DNA of 64,000 bases, taken from the NCBI GenBank assembly GCA_951406725.2, contig OX597836.1:3968001-4032000 (forward strand), written 5' to 3'. The translations under genes and the position numbers were made by a program. Source of the DNA: Octopus vulgaris (taxonomy: Eukaryota). Below are positions 1 through 14,963 of the stretch, one piece after another (position 1 is the stretch's first letter; each line of letters starts with the position of its first letter). The notes under the pieces are model-generated. The model made no database searches. It was not told the DNA's origin and was given only the letters and a program-made list of their open reading frames with translations.

Positions 1-210
1 TTGAACGTGTGGGACAGAACAGTCAGTCGGCCGAGTCTGCAGTGATGATCGCACTGCTGCCCTCCTTCAATCGGGCTGGCAAAGCAGTTTTCTTTTGCCT
101 GGTGGCTATAGTGGAATATGTTGTTTGGTGGATAAGGCTGAAAGGCATGAGGACAGATACATTCCTCTTTGGTAGGGCTCTCATTGAGTTCAAGTTTCCC
201 AACAAAAGGT
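1..210 (+). mobile_element. Possible decayed L1/Tx1-type LINE ORF2 C-terminal fragment
   Basis: Translation AVFFCLVAIVEYVVWWIRLKG...FLFGRALIEF resembles the W-x-x-R C-terminal region of L1/Tx1 ORF2. Recognition only. Confidence 0.3.
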
Positions 211-394
211 CGTACGATCCAGATACGGCCATCAAAGACCTAAGTGCACCTAAGGGTACATCATGAAATACGTTATTTTTTAAACTCATCCATCCTCCCA
301 CCTCTTCTTTTAAAGGACGGCGGGAATGAATTTAAGAGGAATTTAGCTGCTATTTCTTTGGCAGATTGAGCGATTACCCATCGCTTCTTTGTTT

Positions 395-750
395 CCGTTG
401 CTGCAGTTGCAATTGGCTGTTGTTGTTGCTGCTGCTATTGCGGTCGCCCCTGTTGTTGTTGTTGCTGCTGCTGTTGCTGTTGTTTCCGGTGTTGTTGTTG
501 TTGTTGCTGCTACTATTATATGCTTCATTAAGTGAACTTTGATCTAACAATTCATTAATTACACAGTAAAACGAGCGAAATTAATGAAGTTTGACTAACG
601 ATAAATCACGTTACATGCGGAATGATATTAATTTCGGCCGAGAAGAAGTTATGGACGGACCAACACCTTACGCAATCTCCTCACAGCCAAGCCAGCTCGA
701 CTAGCACTGACGCCGTTAAACACACCGCCAGATAATATAACAGCTACTGC

Positions 751-786
<36 letters not shown>

Positions 787-862
787 CACCACCACCACCA
801 CCGACAAAAACAGCCCTACAACCACTTCTATTATCACCACCATTATGTCGTCGACCATCACC

Positions 863-906
<44 letters not shown>

Positions 907-933
907 CAACAACAACAACAACAACTACTATCT

Positions 934-1004
<71 letters not shown>

Positions 1005-1056
1005 ACTGCTGCTGCTGCTGCTGCTGGTACTGCTGCTGCTGCTGCTATTACTACTA
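395..1056. repeat. Compound trinucleotide microsatellites (GTT/GCT; CTA/CCA/CAA/CTG)
   Basis: Visible triplet runs at about 395-515 and 740-1056. Confidence 0.95.
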
Positions 1057-1344
1057 AAATAGCGACTACCTTTTCCTTCCGATGACCCTTACAGTGTTAC
1101 AAAACTGATAATGCCCTTGATAATGTAGTCCTAGGTGCATTCTGGGTATCATTCTCTAATGACTTCAGCATGAAGGAAGGATAAACTGGTTCATGCAGAG
1201 TTATGTCTAGTCCTTCCCCCATAGAACTGCCGCGATTTTCGGTGCCATTTGAACTCGCCACCTTTAGGGGTTAAATAATAACAATGTCTCAACGAGGGTT
1301 TCCCTGTATAGACGCAAAGTCTGCAAGTCGCAGCAGCCAAGCAG

Positions 1345-1450
1345 AACAAAGTAGAATACACTTGCCGAAGGTATCACGCAGTAGGACTGAACCCGGAGCC
1401 ATGTGACTGGGAAGCACACTTCTTACGACATAGGGACTCCCATGCATGTA
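1345..1450 (-). mobile_element. SINE family A 5' fragment
   Basis: cacttgccgaaggtatcacgcagtaggactgaacccggagccatgtg matches the reverse complement of the family A head seen at 19006 and 41683. Confidence 0.75.
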
Positions 1451-1451
1451 T

Positions 1452-1737
1452 AGCCATGCCCGTGTTAATAGCTATGTCTGTGCCTAATAGCCACGCCTGT
1501 GCCTAATAGCCGTGTCTGTGCTTAGTAGCCACGCCCGCGCCTAATAACCACGCCCGTGCCTAATAGCCGTGTCTGTGCCTAATAGCCACGGCTGTGCCTA
1601 ATAGCCACGCCTGTGCCAATTAGCCACGCCTGTGCCTATTAGCCATGTCTGTGCCTAATAGCCACACCTGTTCCTAATCGCCACGCCAATGCCTAATAGC
1701 CACGCTAGTGCCTAATAGCCACGTCTGCGCCAATAGA
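1452..1737. repeat. 19-bp minisatellite, about 15 degenerate units
   Basis: Unit GTGCCTAATAGCCACGCCT repeated in tandem. Confidence 0.92.
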
Positions 1738-2385
1738 GCCTATATAATGAAAGAGATTTGCGAAGGGAGTGGTGTGTTGAAATAACTTCGCCAGGCGTTC
1801 CTCTGCGTACATTGGAACAACAACAACTACAACCACAACAACAACAACAGCCAGAACAGCCAGGACAGCAGCAGCAGCAAAGGAGATGACAATAACAATA
1901 GCGAAAGACGAATTAACTGAAACAATATAAGCTATCGTAGCTTTAGCATCTTTAAGTGGAAAGGTGTTGAGTTGATATAATTGCCTAAGCGTTGAAAGCT
2001 GTTTCGTGCAAACGGCTTTTGGTGTTTGCAAAGTAAGGAGATGAAACATGAGACATTAACAGGTAGGATGTGTCGTAATTTGATGGATGGCCATAGAGAA
2101 ATAAACAATGGCGATTGGTGACTTATTGGACAGAATGAATAGAGAGACACGGACAAAATGGCGACGGGATTTAACGTCATTGTGTGTGGACGTGTATGCG
2201 AGCGTGTGTGTGTGTTTGTGCGCATATGTGTGTGTGAGTGTGTGTGTGTGTGTATGTATGTGTCAGGGGTTAGCTTACAACATCAATGATACAAGAACTG
2301 GAAGATCAATCAGGAAGACAAAACCATTCGATATCTATCTATCTACACAAATATATATTATATATATCAAACACACATACTTGTG

Positions 2386-2425
<40 letters not shown>

Positions 2426-2449
2426 CGTTCAAATATATATATATACGTT

Positions 2450-2483
<34 letters not shown>

Positions 2484-2566
2484 TGTGTACATATGTATGT
2501 ATGTATATATATATGTGTGTGTGTGCGTGTATGTATATGTATATATATATATATATATATAATCGT

Positions 2567-2785
2567 TTCTGCTATAGGTACAAGGCCTGAAATTTTCGGA
2601 GAGGTAGTGAATCGATTACATCGACTCCCAGTGCGTAACTGGTGCTTAGTTTATCGACCCCGAAAGGATGAAAGGAAAACTAGACCGCCGGCGGCATTTG
2701 AACTCACAACGTAAAGACAGACAAAATACTGCTGAGTATTTTGTCCTGCGTGCTACTGATTCTACCAGCTCGCCGCCCAACGCAT
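2567..2785 (-). mobile_element. SINE family B (Meta-domain-like), tail type 2
   Basis: tttatcgaccccgaaaggatgaaagg core and tRNA-like head (gccagctcgccgcc reversed); tail ctataggtacaaggcctgaaatttt. Confidence 0.8.
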
Positions 2786-3042
2786 ATACGTAATAATATA
2801 CTTTGACACACACACACACATATATATAGAGATTTGTGCGCATGCGTGACTGGTACTTTGGTTCTGTGTGTCACGAAATGATGAAAGCGTTAAGTGACTC
2901 GCTAGGATTTGAACCGCAAAACGTAAATGCCAGAAGAAACAACGCAAAACATATTCCAACTTTCCAACGACCCTGCTCTTCCAACCACCACCACCACCAC
3001 CACTACCAGCACCAGCACTGCCACGAGCACCCCCACTACCGC

Positions 3043-3076
<34 letters not shown>

Positions 3077-3083
3077 TTCTTCC

Positions 3084-3117
<34 letters not shown>

Positions 3118-3624
3118 TTAATAATAATAATGATAATAATAATTAGAATGGTAATAATAATATCGAAATTGATAAATATCTTAATTATATTTCCAGGCGC
3201 TATAGTCAGATATTCCTCACAGCCCTGCAACAGTCTTCCGGGAACCTATTAAAATTATTACGTAACATTATCTGCTTGCAGATCTTTAAAATTAATTATT
3301 TCCTTAATTTATGCAGACATTTGTCAGATAATGATGCTATTCCTATTTGCCAATTTCGGATCAGGTGTCATTACTGAAGAATCATCCAAAACGGCTGCCG
3401 ATTTGCAGAAGTTGTTGAGCGACTAGGGCAACGTACTTTGCAGTATTTAGTTACAAACATTTACGTTCTGGGTTCAAATTGAGACAGCGACTTATAAACA
3501 TCTCTTGTTAGATATAGCTACAGCCCTTTATGTTCTGCGTTTAAATTGGTAGAGGGACAGATGATATGCCCAGTGGTGGTTAATTTTGCTTCTTTTCGTT
3601 CCTGGTTCAAATTGATAGAACACC

Positions 3625-3848
3625 GGGGCAGAAACGTTAGCGCGTAGGGCGAAATGCGTAGCCGTATTTCGTCGGCCGTTACGTTCTGAGTTCAAATTCC
3701 GCCGAGGTCGACTTTGCCTTTCATCCTTTCGGGGTCGAATAAATAAGTACCAGTTACGCACTGGGATCGATATAATCGACTTAATCCATTTGTCTGTCCT
3801 TGTTCGTCCCTTTTGTGTTTAGCCCCTTGTGGGTAGTAAAGAAATAGA
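3625..3848 (+). mobile_element. SINE family B, tail type 1
   Basis: B-box-like gagttcaaattcc, core gactttgcctttcatcctttcggggtcga, tail gccccttgtgggtagtaaagaaatag. Confidence 0.88.
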
Positions 3849-4751
3849 TATATAGTTATGTGCCTTTACGTTCAAAGACCAGTAGAATAAATTAGACCGG
3901 TAAAGCAACTGGCTGGTAGAGCAACGGACATCATGTCTTGTGATGTTTAGTTACGATCCTTTACGTTATGAGTTCAAATCAGTAGAGCGGCAGACAACAT
4001 GTCTTGTGTTATTTATCTGTAATCCTTTACGTTCCAATCTCACCAAAGTCAGCTCTTCTTTTCATTATGATTCTTAAGGGCGAAAAACTAAAGTATTAAT
4101 TACGTAAGCAGATATTCTTAATTTGCAACCAATTCTAATCCTTCCAATTCCTGATGGTCTCTCGTGGCCATCTCACACGCATAAAGCTATATGTTAGAGA
4201 CTGCTTATCTTTTCAGTAAAGAAAAATTACTTCCGGTCCCGACTCTTGCTAAATTTCTCCAGAACTCGAATGTGTTTCAACCACAGCGAAACTCTATTAA
4301 TATATATGAAGCACTGCTGCTGCCGTCCCTATGCACGGACGCCGGTAGTTTCTAACGTCTCTCAAACCTCATCATCGCTTCAAACAACCTACTCACACTT
4401 AAATTGTGTGATCCCCATATTAAACCTCCATGATAAAATTAAATAATGGCTACAGTATACTAGAATGCAGCGACGTCCGGGTTGTGATTGATACAGACAC
4501 ACACAAACACACATATAAACTTGTTACTGATTCCAATATGTTTGGGGCTAATTCAAACTCGTGAGAAAGTCATTCACAATATTTCCTCATGGAGAACATT
4601 TCTCGCTCCGTGTGTAAATACACCGCGTCTGCTTACAACGTCTCCAAACAAGATCGTGGGATGCACGTATTTCGGTGTTTTTATCACCTCTTCAGTAGCA
4701 GAGATCGGAAAAACAGACGCTGCGAACTGACAGGAGAATATGCATATTTTC

Positions 4752-4951
4752 TCTTTTCTCTTTTTCTCTTTTACTTGTTTCAGTCATTTGACTGCGGCCA
4801 TACTGGAGCACCGCCTTTAGTCGAGCAAATCGACCCCAGGACTTATTCTTTGTAAGCCCAGTACTTATTCTATCGGTCTCTTTTGCCGAACCGCTAAACA
4901 CACCAGCATCGGTTGTCAAGCAATGCTAGGGGGACAAACACAGACACACAA

Positions 4952-5016
<65 letters not shown>

Positions 5017-5172
5017 ACAGGCTTATTTCAGTTTCCGTCTAACAAATCCACTCACAAGGCATTGGTCGGCGCGGGGCTATAGCAGAAGACACTTGCCCAA
5101 GATGCCACGCAGTGGGACTGAACCCGGAACCATGTGGTTGGTTAGCAAGATACTTACCACACAGCCACTCCT
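4752..5172 (-). mobile_element. SINE family A, near full length, internal (TA)n
   Basis: Reverse complement closely matches the 19006-19410 and 41683-42098 copies. Confidence 0.92.
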
Positions 5173-5287
5173 CTTATATATCTCTCTCAATATTTATATC
5201 CATATATATGTAACTACATACGTATTTTACATTTATACCTACCGTGTAATTCGCGATCACATTCACTCTTCCCTATAACCTTCTACC

Positions 5288-5325
<38 letters not shown>

Positions 5326-5761
5326 TCTATCTATCTATCTATCTATCCATATTTTTATGTGCTTATTGTATCTCCGGGTGAACCGCCCGTTTCATCTTTT
5401 ATTTAAACCTTCATCAGGAGACAAAAATTCAGAGGTCCTCTTTGTAAATGGCTTTATAAACCATATTCAACGACGCAAAGGATATCCCTCACCACCAAAA
5501 ACTAAACCAGAGAATAACACAAAATATCATTTTTAATGGCCCAAAATCCAATTTAATTTTAGAAAAGTTTTCAATTATTAGGAGTACGCCTAATTTGCCA
5601 GCTTTGTTAAATTAGCTTTATATACCGGTTTATATAAATTTCACATGCTCCTATATCTGATTTATGTGTTATCAGTACCTGCTCATCCCTATGATATTTG
5701 ATTTATATATAGTTTTAATTAATAGAATTATGGCAAGCAATTCAGTTCAATTTATTAATTT

Positions 5762-6367
<606 letters not shown>

Positions 6368-7169
6368 TTTATAATTGTGATATCAACTTAAACATTCTCG
6401 TATAACATCGTATATTTCAATTAATATAATTAGATCTTTCCATCTGATTTATGGATTGTCAGTATCACTTAACCACCATGCATATTTCGTTCATTTAATT
6501 TACTTAATCAATAAGACAACTGCTAATAATCAACACTGTTAATTTCTCTACCTCCATTACATACAGCGCCTACATTTTTTTCCTGCTCACAGGTTTATGA
6601 TATATTAAAAATTGCATTCACATTTTATAGCTTAGTTCCTTCCATACTTTTTTTTTATTCGCTTCTTTAGAGTAACGACTGAAATATAAATCCATCTTCG
6701 TGATTAATATTTATTACACCTATTTAGCTCATTTAGACGTATTAACACTGTAATGTGAATGCCCGTGTCTTAGCGGTTAAAGTGTTGTGCTCAAAAACAT
6801 GCTACGGGATCGATTTCTGGCAATGTGTTGTCTGGACAAAGTAAGACACATCCCGTGGAACTAGACCATCGTAAATATGGCAAACCATGTCTAGTTCAGT
6901 CTGATGAATGTGAATATCAGCAGGGGACAATCGTTCAATCCAGGGGCATGGCTTCAAAGATTGAGATATTGGTTGCTCAGTTCTTTATTTTTTTCTATAG
7001 AAAATTCTATTTAATTCTATTTTGATAATCAGAGCTACACAAATGACCTCAACTCGATGACTCCTTAATGCGAATCATATACATTTGCTGTTTCGATGTC
7101 ACTAGCTCTCTTCAGTGCGGTGTAGAAAGACTGATGCGCTTTTCACTTCTAAATGGGTGAGTATTTTCC

Positions 7170-7565
7170 ATTGGCTTTTCTCAGTGGTAAGAAGTTTGCT
7201 TCTCGACCACATGATTCCGGGATCGGTCCTACTAAGGAGAATCTCGGAGAAATGTCTTCTAAAGTAGCCTCGGTATGACCAAAACCTTGTGAGAGGATCT
7301 GGTAGACAGAAACTGAAAGAAGCCCGTCGTATATATTTTGTGTGTATGTCTTTGTATCTGTATTTGTGCACACTACCACATGATCACCGGTGTTGGTGTG
7401 TTTCTGTTCCCGTAATTAGCGGTTCGGTGAAAAAGACCAGATAAAATAACTACCAGTCTTTAAAAAAGAAAATACTGAGGTTGATCCAATCGGCTAAAAT
7501 TTCACAAGTGGTGTAGCCCCAGCATGGCCGCAGGTAAATGAAACGACTGACAAAGTTAAAAGATA
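7170..7565 (+). mobile_element. SINE family A, old diverged copy
   Basis: gtggtaagaagtttgct...gaaactgaaagaagcccgtcg...cagcatggccgcag. Confidence 0.8.
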
Positions 7566-7599
7566 AGAAATTTAGCTTATGTGCTGTTTGTTTTCATTC

Positions 7600-7918
7600 C
7601 TTTGTTTTCAAAAGTTTATTTTAAGCGGTCGCCATGGCGAGAACACAGCAGCTGCAATGCTCGCAGAAATTACAACGAACTTTGCTGTTATTATCCACAG
7701 AATAGCTATTTGTTCTATTACCATTCTCTGTACGATTTCAACATACCTATTATGGAAATCTGAGAATGATATAGTAGTGTGTCATGATTGCATAGCTAAA
7801 GATTTGGAATTCGGAGGAGAGACGAAAGACGAGAACCGGGAGATTAGAAAACTTGGAAGAACTAGACGTGGCCTGCTTCGGCAGAAACCAGATACAATTT
7901 TTGTAGTTTTATTTACCC
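7600..7918 (+). repeat. 319-bp inverted duplicate, copy 1; stop-free frame with ATG at 7657 (MLAEITTNFAVIIHRIAICSITILCTISTYLLW...CHDC...RTRR)
   Basis: Manual alignment to the reverse complement of 20322-20640 gives 7 substitutions and no indels. Confidence 0.95.
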
Positions 7919-8252
7919 ACATGTATCCTTATACACACACACACACACACACATGCATATATGTATGTATATATATATACACATATATATGTATATATGT
8001 ATGTATATATATAAATGTATATATATATATATATGTGTATGTATATATACATATACATACATATATATATATATGTATATATGTATGTATATGTATATGT
8101 ATATATATATGTATATAGATTTACACATATATATATATATATATATGACTAGAACAAATAAATAGTAAAAAAGATGCATATAAACACATATATATACATA
8201 TAAATATGCACATATACATATATATACTTGCACATATTTATATATATATATG

Positions 8253-8296
<44 letters not shown>

Positions 8297-8299
8297 TTT

Positions 8300-8680
8300 T
8301 TCTCTTTTATTCATTTACTTTTTTCAGTCATCTGACAGCGGCCATGCTGGAGCAACCCTTCAGTCGAGCATGTCGACCCCGGAACTTATTCTTGTTAAGC
8401 CTACTACTTATACTACCAGTTTCTGTTGCCTAACCGCTAAGTTACGGGGACGTAGAGACATTAAAGTCAGTTGTCAAGCGACGGCTGGGGAGGGGCGGAC
8501 AAACACAGACGCACAATCATAAACATACATATACGAAGGGCTTCTTTCAGTTTCCGTCTACAAAATCCACTCACAAGGCTTCGGTCGGCCTGAGACTATT
8601 GCCCAAGGTGCCACGCAGTGGGACTGAACCCGGAACAATGTGGTTGGCAAGCAACCAGCTTCCCACACAGCCGCGCCTGC
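8300..8680 (-). mobile_element. SINE family A, diverged
   Basis: gccatgctggagca...ccacgcagtgggactgaacccggaac. Confidence 0.85.
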
Positions 8681-8745
8681 ATCTGTATGTATATATACAA
8701 TATTAAATCTTTGAGTGATATATATATATATATACGCATACATTT

Positions 8746-8816
<71 letters not shown>

Positions 8817-9261
8817 TGCATGTATTGTATATGTACGTACATATATATTTGTATTACACCAACAGACACCTATTATAAAGTATTAAATATACACAAATTT
8901 CAAACAATTTCTATATTGACCATTCGTGGAGCAGAGTCGAAAATTTTACTACATCGATCCGATAATGTGTGGCTTGTAAAATAGACAGACTTGCGAATAT
9001 AATTACTTCATTAGTCCTTTATTTGTTGTCTGTAACAAGTTTATTGATGTTCGAAGATCTCGACCTCATCTTCAGAATGAAGGGGTAGGGGTGGTCCGGT
9101 GTCGATGAAACTTGCAAGGGCGAACTGGCGATAGCAGTGTTGTGACCAAAAAAACAATCCTCATCGCGTTTGAGTTCAAATCAATACAATGTAATCCTAT
9201 ACGGCTCTATAATATAACACACACACATATATATTTCTGTCAGCTTGTCTGTCTGTCTGTA

Positions 9262-9327
<66 letters not shown>

Positions 9328-9426
9328 CACACGTACGGACACACACACACACAAACATATATTGCTGTTCATCATATACATACGCAGATTCACAGACATA
9401 TATAGACATACTTAGATAACTTACTA

Positions 9427-9459
<33 letters not shown>

Positions 9460-9503
9460 CTCCATCTCTCTGTCTCCATCTCTTTCTCTCTCTATCTCTC
9501 GCT

Positions 9504-9577
<74 letters not shown>

Positions 9578-10079
9578 CTCCGTTTCCCTTTCTGTCTCTC
9601 TATATCCATTCTCTAAGCATTTGTATATATACATTTATGACTATTTAATACTATTTATGTCGTACTTCTTCTCACAGAACTTCCTTAACTGCACATCTTC
9701 ATCAAAAACCTATCCTACTTTCATCGCTTAATTTTACACTTAATTCAATAAATACTATTTGCCGTTCGTCTTCTACGCTCCTCTGCTCCTAATTTCATTT
9801 GTACAGAGTGTTTTTATATATTTATTTATGAGTATATGATATATCCACGTGAAACATTTACGACATGTCGGGATAATGGCTTAACTCTTAAGAGCATTGT
9901 GTGCACTTTGAATGCTACCAAAATACTAAATAACACCCCATTTGGGACTAATTTTGCTGTATCTTAATTAACAAGTATTTAGGTTTATTTGTAAATTTTG
10001 TGAAGTTTGCTTCTTTTTAGCTGTTCAAAGTCCTTAATTCAGTATTCTTCGACTTCAACTTAAGGTTAGTCTAGTGTTT

Positions 10080-10425
10080 GCACCTCTTATCATTTATATT
10101 TCACTTTCGCAAGCCATTAGACTCCAACCATGTTGTACATGAATCGAACTCATGTACTTAATTTTTTTAAAAAATCTGGTACATATTATATAGGTCTGTT
10201 TTGCCGAACTGCTAAGTTACGGGGAAGCAAACACACCAACATCGATTTTGAAGCGGTTTTACGGGGAAAAACTCAAACCCGAACAGGCCTCTTTTGGGTT
10301 CCGTCTATGAATTCTACTCACAAGAATTTAGTCGGCCCGAAGTTATAGTAATAGACACTTGCCTAAGGTGTCCATGTGTGGTAGGGAAGCAAGATTCTTA
10401 ACCCATAGCCATATCTGCGCCTACC
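10080..10425 (-). mobile_element. SINE family A, old copy
   Basis: ttttgccgaactgctaagttacgggga...gacacttgcctaaggtg. Confidence 0.7.
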
Positions 10426-10446
10426 ATTTGTGTGTGTATATATATA

Positions 10447-10517
<71 letters not shown>

Positions 10518-10713
10518 ATTTGAAATATCACATTGTAATAAGTTGTGCTTGCCATAAATCAAAGTTAATGCCAACATTTAATCGCTAGGGGGTACTCCAA
10601 ATAAACCGGAACTTTGCAATATTATTCTATTCACTAGGGAGCAGCGCAGAAGGAAGTCGAAACAATTACTGTGCTGAATAAAGCTTCTACTTGTACCCTC
10701 ACCTTCCGTACCA

Positions 10714-10748
<35 letters not shown>

Positions 10749-10799
10749 GAGGTGGGGATCGAAATCCTACAAAGGGATGTCAAACATCCAAGTCCACTC

Positions 10800-12480
10800 G
10801 CTCAGTCCAACCAAAGAATGTATATATATATATAAATATATTCAGTATTTGCAAAATCAATAAATAAAGTATAAGGAAAGGAAAAATAGATGTAGCTGTA
10901 GACGATCTTTAATTCAAATCAAAGTTGGTACGAATCCAATATACATTCTAGAAATTGTTTCGGAGTCAAATTTGTTCCAAAGACCAAAACGTAAAACTCT
11001 TCTTGAAATAAAAAATTAGATTCTTCGGCATGAATTACATATTGATATGAATAATTAAGACCAAAGAATAATATAAAAAAAAGACCTCTTATGGTCCAGA
11101 TAGGAACGAACAATCAAATAATGGTAAAAGGAAAATTACCAGACCGCCAGAACGTTCAAAACGAGAAAGAAAAAGGTTAAAAACCTTTCCTGCGTTTTAT
11201 TAACATTACAATTCTAGTAAAAACAGATAAATTTAACAAAACAAACAAATTATCTAACTACAAAAATAATAGGGTTAGCTAATTAAAAATGAAAAAAATT
11301 AAAAAATTAAAAAGTAAAAAAAAATTTTAAATTGAGAAAATTAAAAAATTAAAACCTGAAAACTAATATATAATCCACTAAAACGTAATAAATGTCATAA
11401 TTCAAAGTTAATAATATGATGATATCAAACGAAAATAAAAATAAGAAAAAGAAAAAAGCAATGCTTTTGTTTACGAAATGACCGAGTTCAGGTAAACGAG
11501 TAGGACGGAGAAAAAGAAAGAGTAGTATCAGTGAAAGGAGGGGAGAGAGAGAGAGTAGAAAGACTGTGAAGGAGAGGTAGTGAGAGTAATAGCCCTGACT
11601 GAGAGAGTAAGAGAAAGTAAGTCACGTGAGAAAGGAAATAGCAAAGAACGCGCAGTGTCACTACTGTTTTCAACATATGAAAGAGAAAGGAAGGGGCGAT
11701 AGGAGAATAAAGAAGGAAGGGTGTGAAAAATCAGCCATTCAAATTTATGTGAATATATGTGTGTATAGGTAAAAGGGAGTATGTGAATGTTTGTGTGTAT
11801 GTGTGTGTGTGTGTGTGAGTGTGTGTGTTCGCAATGGAAATAGGATGGTGAAGGTGCAACGCTGAAAAGAAAAATCTGACAGCATTACAATTGTATTTGA
11901 GTATATGTGTGCGCATGCGTGCGCCTGTACAAGGGAAGTATGTGAGTGTTTGTATCTGAGATGATTATGTATCTTATTTTGTACATTATTTAAGTATAAA
12001 AAGACTACAATTAGCCGTCAATTGTGACGGCCCGGGGTCAGTTAGTAAATAGACAAATAGAACATTCAAAACGGTTGCAAAATAATTAAATGTAAAAACG
12101 CATCGTCTCACAATAACATATAAACCTAAATTAAAACACTCAAAATATCTTTAAAAATTTAATTTAAATTTAGAAAAAGGAAAAAAGAAAAATGCGAGAG
12201 AAACCAACGTGAGTAGTAAGTATAAAGGACGAAACCGTGTTGATCATTCAGTAACCGCTTGAACAGAAATAAAACCGGAAATAATAAAACACCGATAATG
12301 AACTTTCTTATTTTTAAACGCACATATATTCCTATCAGCACGGAAAAAAATCTTTCAGATTTAGAGGTTAGCAGGCTTCTTCTGGAAAATAAAATCAAAA
12401 ATAATTCCTCAGTAGAAAATGAGCAGAACCTATTACCAATCCTATAAGCCGAGGCCCTCCCTAAAATGCTCCATTCAATA
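10800..12480 (+). mobile_element. Possible highly decayed Penelope-like element
   Basis: A-rich strand bias; peptide remnants GVKFVPKT (about 10963) and KNLSDLEV..LL (about 12345) resemble the N-L-S...G-x-x-F-x-P motif upstream of PLE RT. Weak. Confidence 0.3.
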
Positions 12481-12519
12481 AAAAAAGTTTTATTACTATA
12501 AGATTCCAGACGATATTAT

Positions 12520-12757
12520 GAGACTAGTTTATGTATATCAAAACAATTTAATTCAAATTCGTTGGTGCTCTTGTGTTTCAAGCGTGATGTTATTCGTGGG
12601 CCATTTTGAATAATAGCAATTCGGTAAAACAGACCTATAGAATAAGTAACAGGTTTAAAAATAATTCAAAATGGCTGACGATTAGCATCACGCTTAGAAT
12701 ACAAGAGTACCAACGAATTTGAATCAAGCTGTTTTGGTCCATACATGTAACTAACTC
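12520..12757. mobile_element. Foldback/MITE-like element with about 93-bp inverted arms
   Basis: 12520-12612 aligns (roughly 80%) to the reverse complement of 12663-12757; the loop resembles a SINE-A internal segment. Confidence 0.75.
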
Positions 12758-12804
12758 CCAATAAATTGGTCGAGAGGCGTTATTCGTTCGTTTATCCACT
12801 CACT

Positions 12805-12934
<130 letters not shown>

Positions 12935-13556
12935 TATATACACATACTTATATATATATATATATGTATATATATGTATATATATATTTGTCTATATCTA
13001 TCTATCTATCTATATATCTATCTATCTATTTACACACGCACATATATATATATATATATGGGTATATAGACTGATATGTATTGCGTAAAATATCTAAAGG
13101 TAATGATTTCTTTCCCACATTGATGTCATGGTTTGGACGTTTATATATTTCTGCAGGACTTTAATAGTTAAAAGCAAGAACAAAGGAAAATCAACAACGA
13201 AATATATAAATAAATAACGAAGAAAATATATTCTAAGTGAATCTCTATTAAGACGCATGCGCGTTGTTTCCATAGCGATAGGTGTATACTGATAAGCAAA
13301 CTTATAAATACTCTTAAATTTGCACATCACAACACACATCCACATAGACATATATGCATGCATAGACACAAATATATACTGGCGTGCACAGAGATATATA
13401 CTCACACAGCGACACTGAAAGTCATAAATATCAATTTAGCAGTCTGTCCTGACAATTTTTTTTCTCACGGTTTACGGAAGCGTATAATCTGTAAGGAAAT
13501 TACTGGTTCCAACAGACTGGAACGTATCAATGGCAGATCATGTATGTATATATATG

Positions 13557-13738
<182 letters not shown>

Positions 13739-14002
13739 CATATATAAGTGTGTGTGGAATGTATGTATTCATGCATCTATATTCGTATGTATGTATATAG
13801 GTATGTATATTAGTATATATGTGTATATATATAAGTATAGATCTATTATCACACAGACTCACACATTTATATAACCTGTATATATACATACATACATATA
13901 TATATATATATAAAATGTGGTAGCAAATTACATATATTTATATATTTGTATATATGTATATGTATATAGATTTATGTATGCATGTGTATGTGTATGTGTA
14001 TG

Positions 14003-14035
<33 letters not shown>

Positions 14036-14708
14036 GGAAACAGATTTCTAAACATTCCTGTATGCATTCACATACATTTTTACCTATGTATAAATACATG
14101 TATATACACGCATACACGCTTGTGCACACTCAACTAAATACATAGACACACACAACCGTATATATATCTTTCTCTCTTACATAAAACCATGGACAAACCC
14201 ACACGCACCAACACAAACACTCAGAAAAAAAAGCCAAAAATTCACTAAGATTTAAAAAAGTAAACTAAATACAGGAAAGCACTCACGCACACACACACAT
14301 AAATAGTTATATATACACACAGTCTCTTACACTTTCACACAACCACGTTACAGAACTGGCTATTAAAGAAAGAAAGCTATAATGACCATCGAAAGATGCA
14401 GTGTATCGCTTTGTAGCCAACAAGTATTGACCGAACCGTTGTAATTACACGCTTTGTTTAAGAGAACCGTGGAATATTCAGTTCAACAAACCTCTTTAAC
14501 ATATGTAGAGTCACACACTCGTCTACAGTTTCCTCGTCTCTTTTTTTCTTTCGTTACTCTTTTTACTCCGTTGTTGTTTCTTCTCTTCTCTGAAGGTTTT
14601 GGACGTTCTTTCACTTCTTTACAGAGGAGACGAGTGGTTGTGGTTGCGGTGATAGTGTTGGAGGCTCTGAGAGAAAGAATACACGGAAGAATTTATTTTG
14701 TCAGAATA

Positions 14709-14926
14709 CTCTCTTTACTCTTTTACTCTTTTACTTGTTTCCGTCATTTGACTGCGGCCATGCTGAAGTACCGCCTTTAGTTGAGCAAATCGACCCCGGG
14801 ACTTATTCTTTGTAAGCCTAGTACTTATTCTATCGGTCTCTTTTGCCGAACCGCTAAGTGACGGGGACGTAAACACACCAGCATCGGTTGTCAAGCAATG
14901 CTAGGGAGACAAACACAGACACACAA

Positions 14927-14963
<37 letters not shown>

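Noticed and set aside
1452-1737. CRISPR-like periodic array
   Set aside because: Head-to-tail units with no unique spacers, eukaryotic context, no cas genes
7634-7705. Histone H3-like start MART
   Set aside because: Continues QQLQCSQKL and stops after about 23 codons; no H3 similarity
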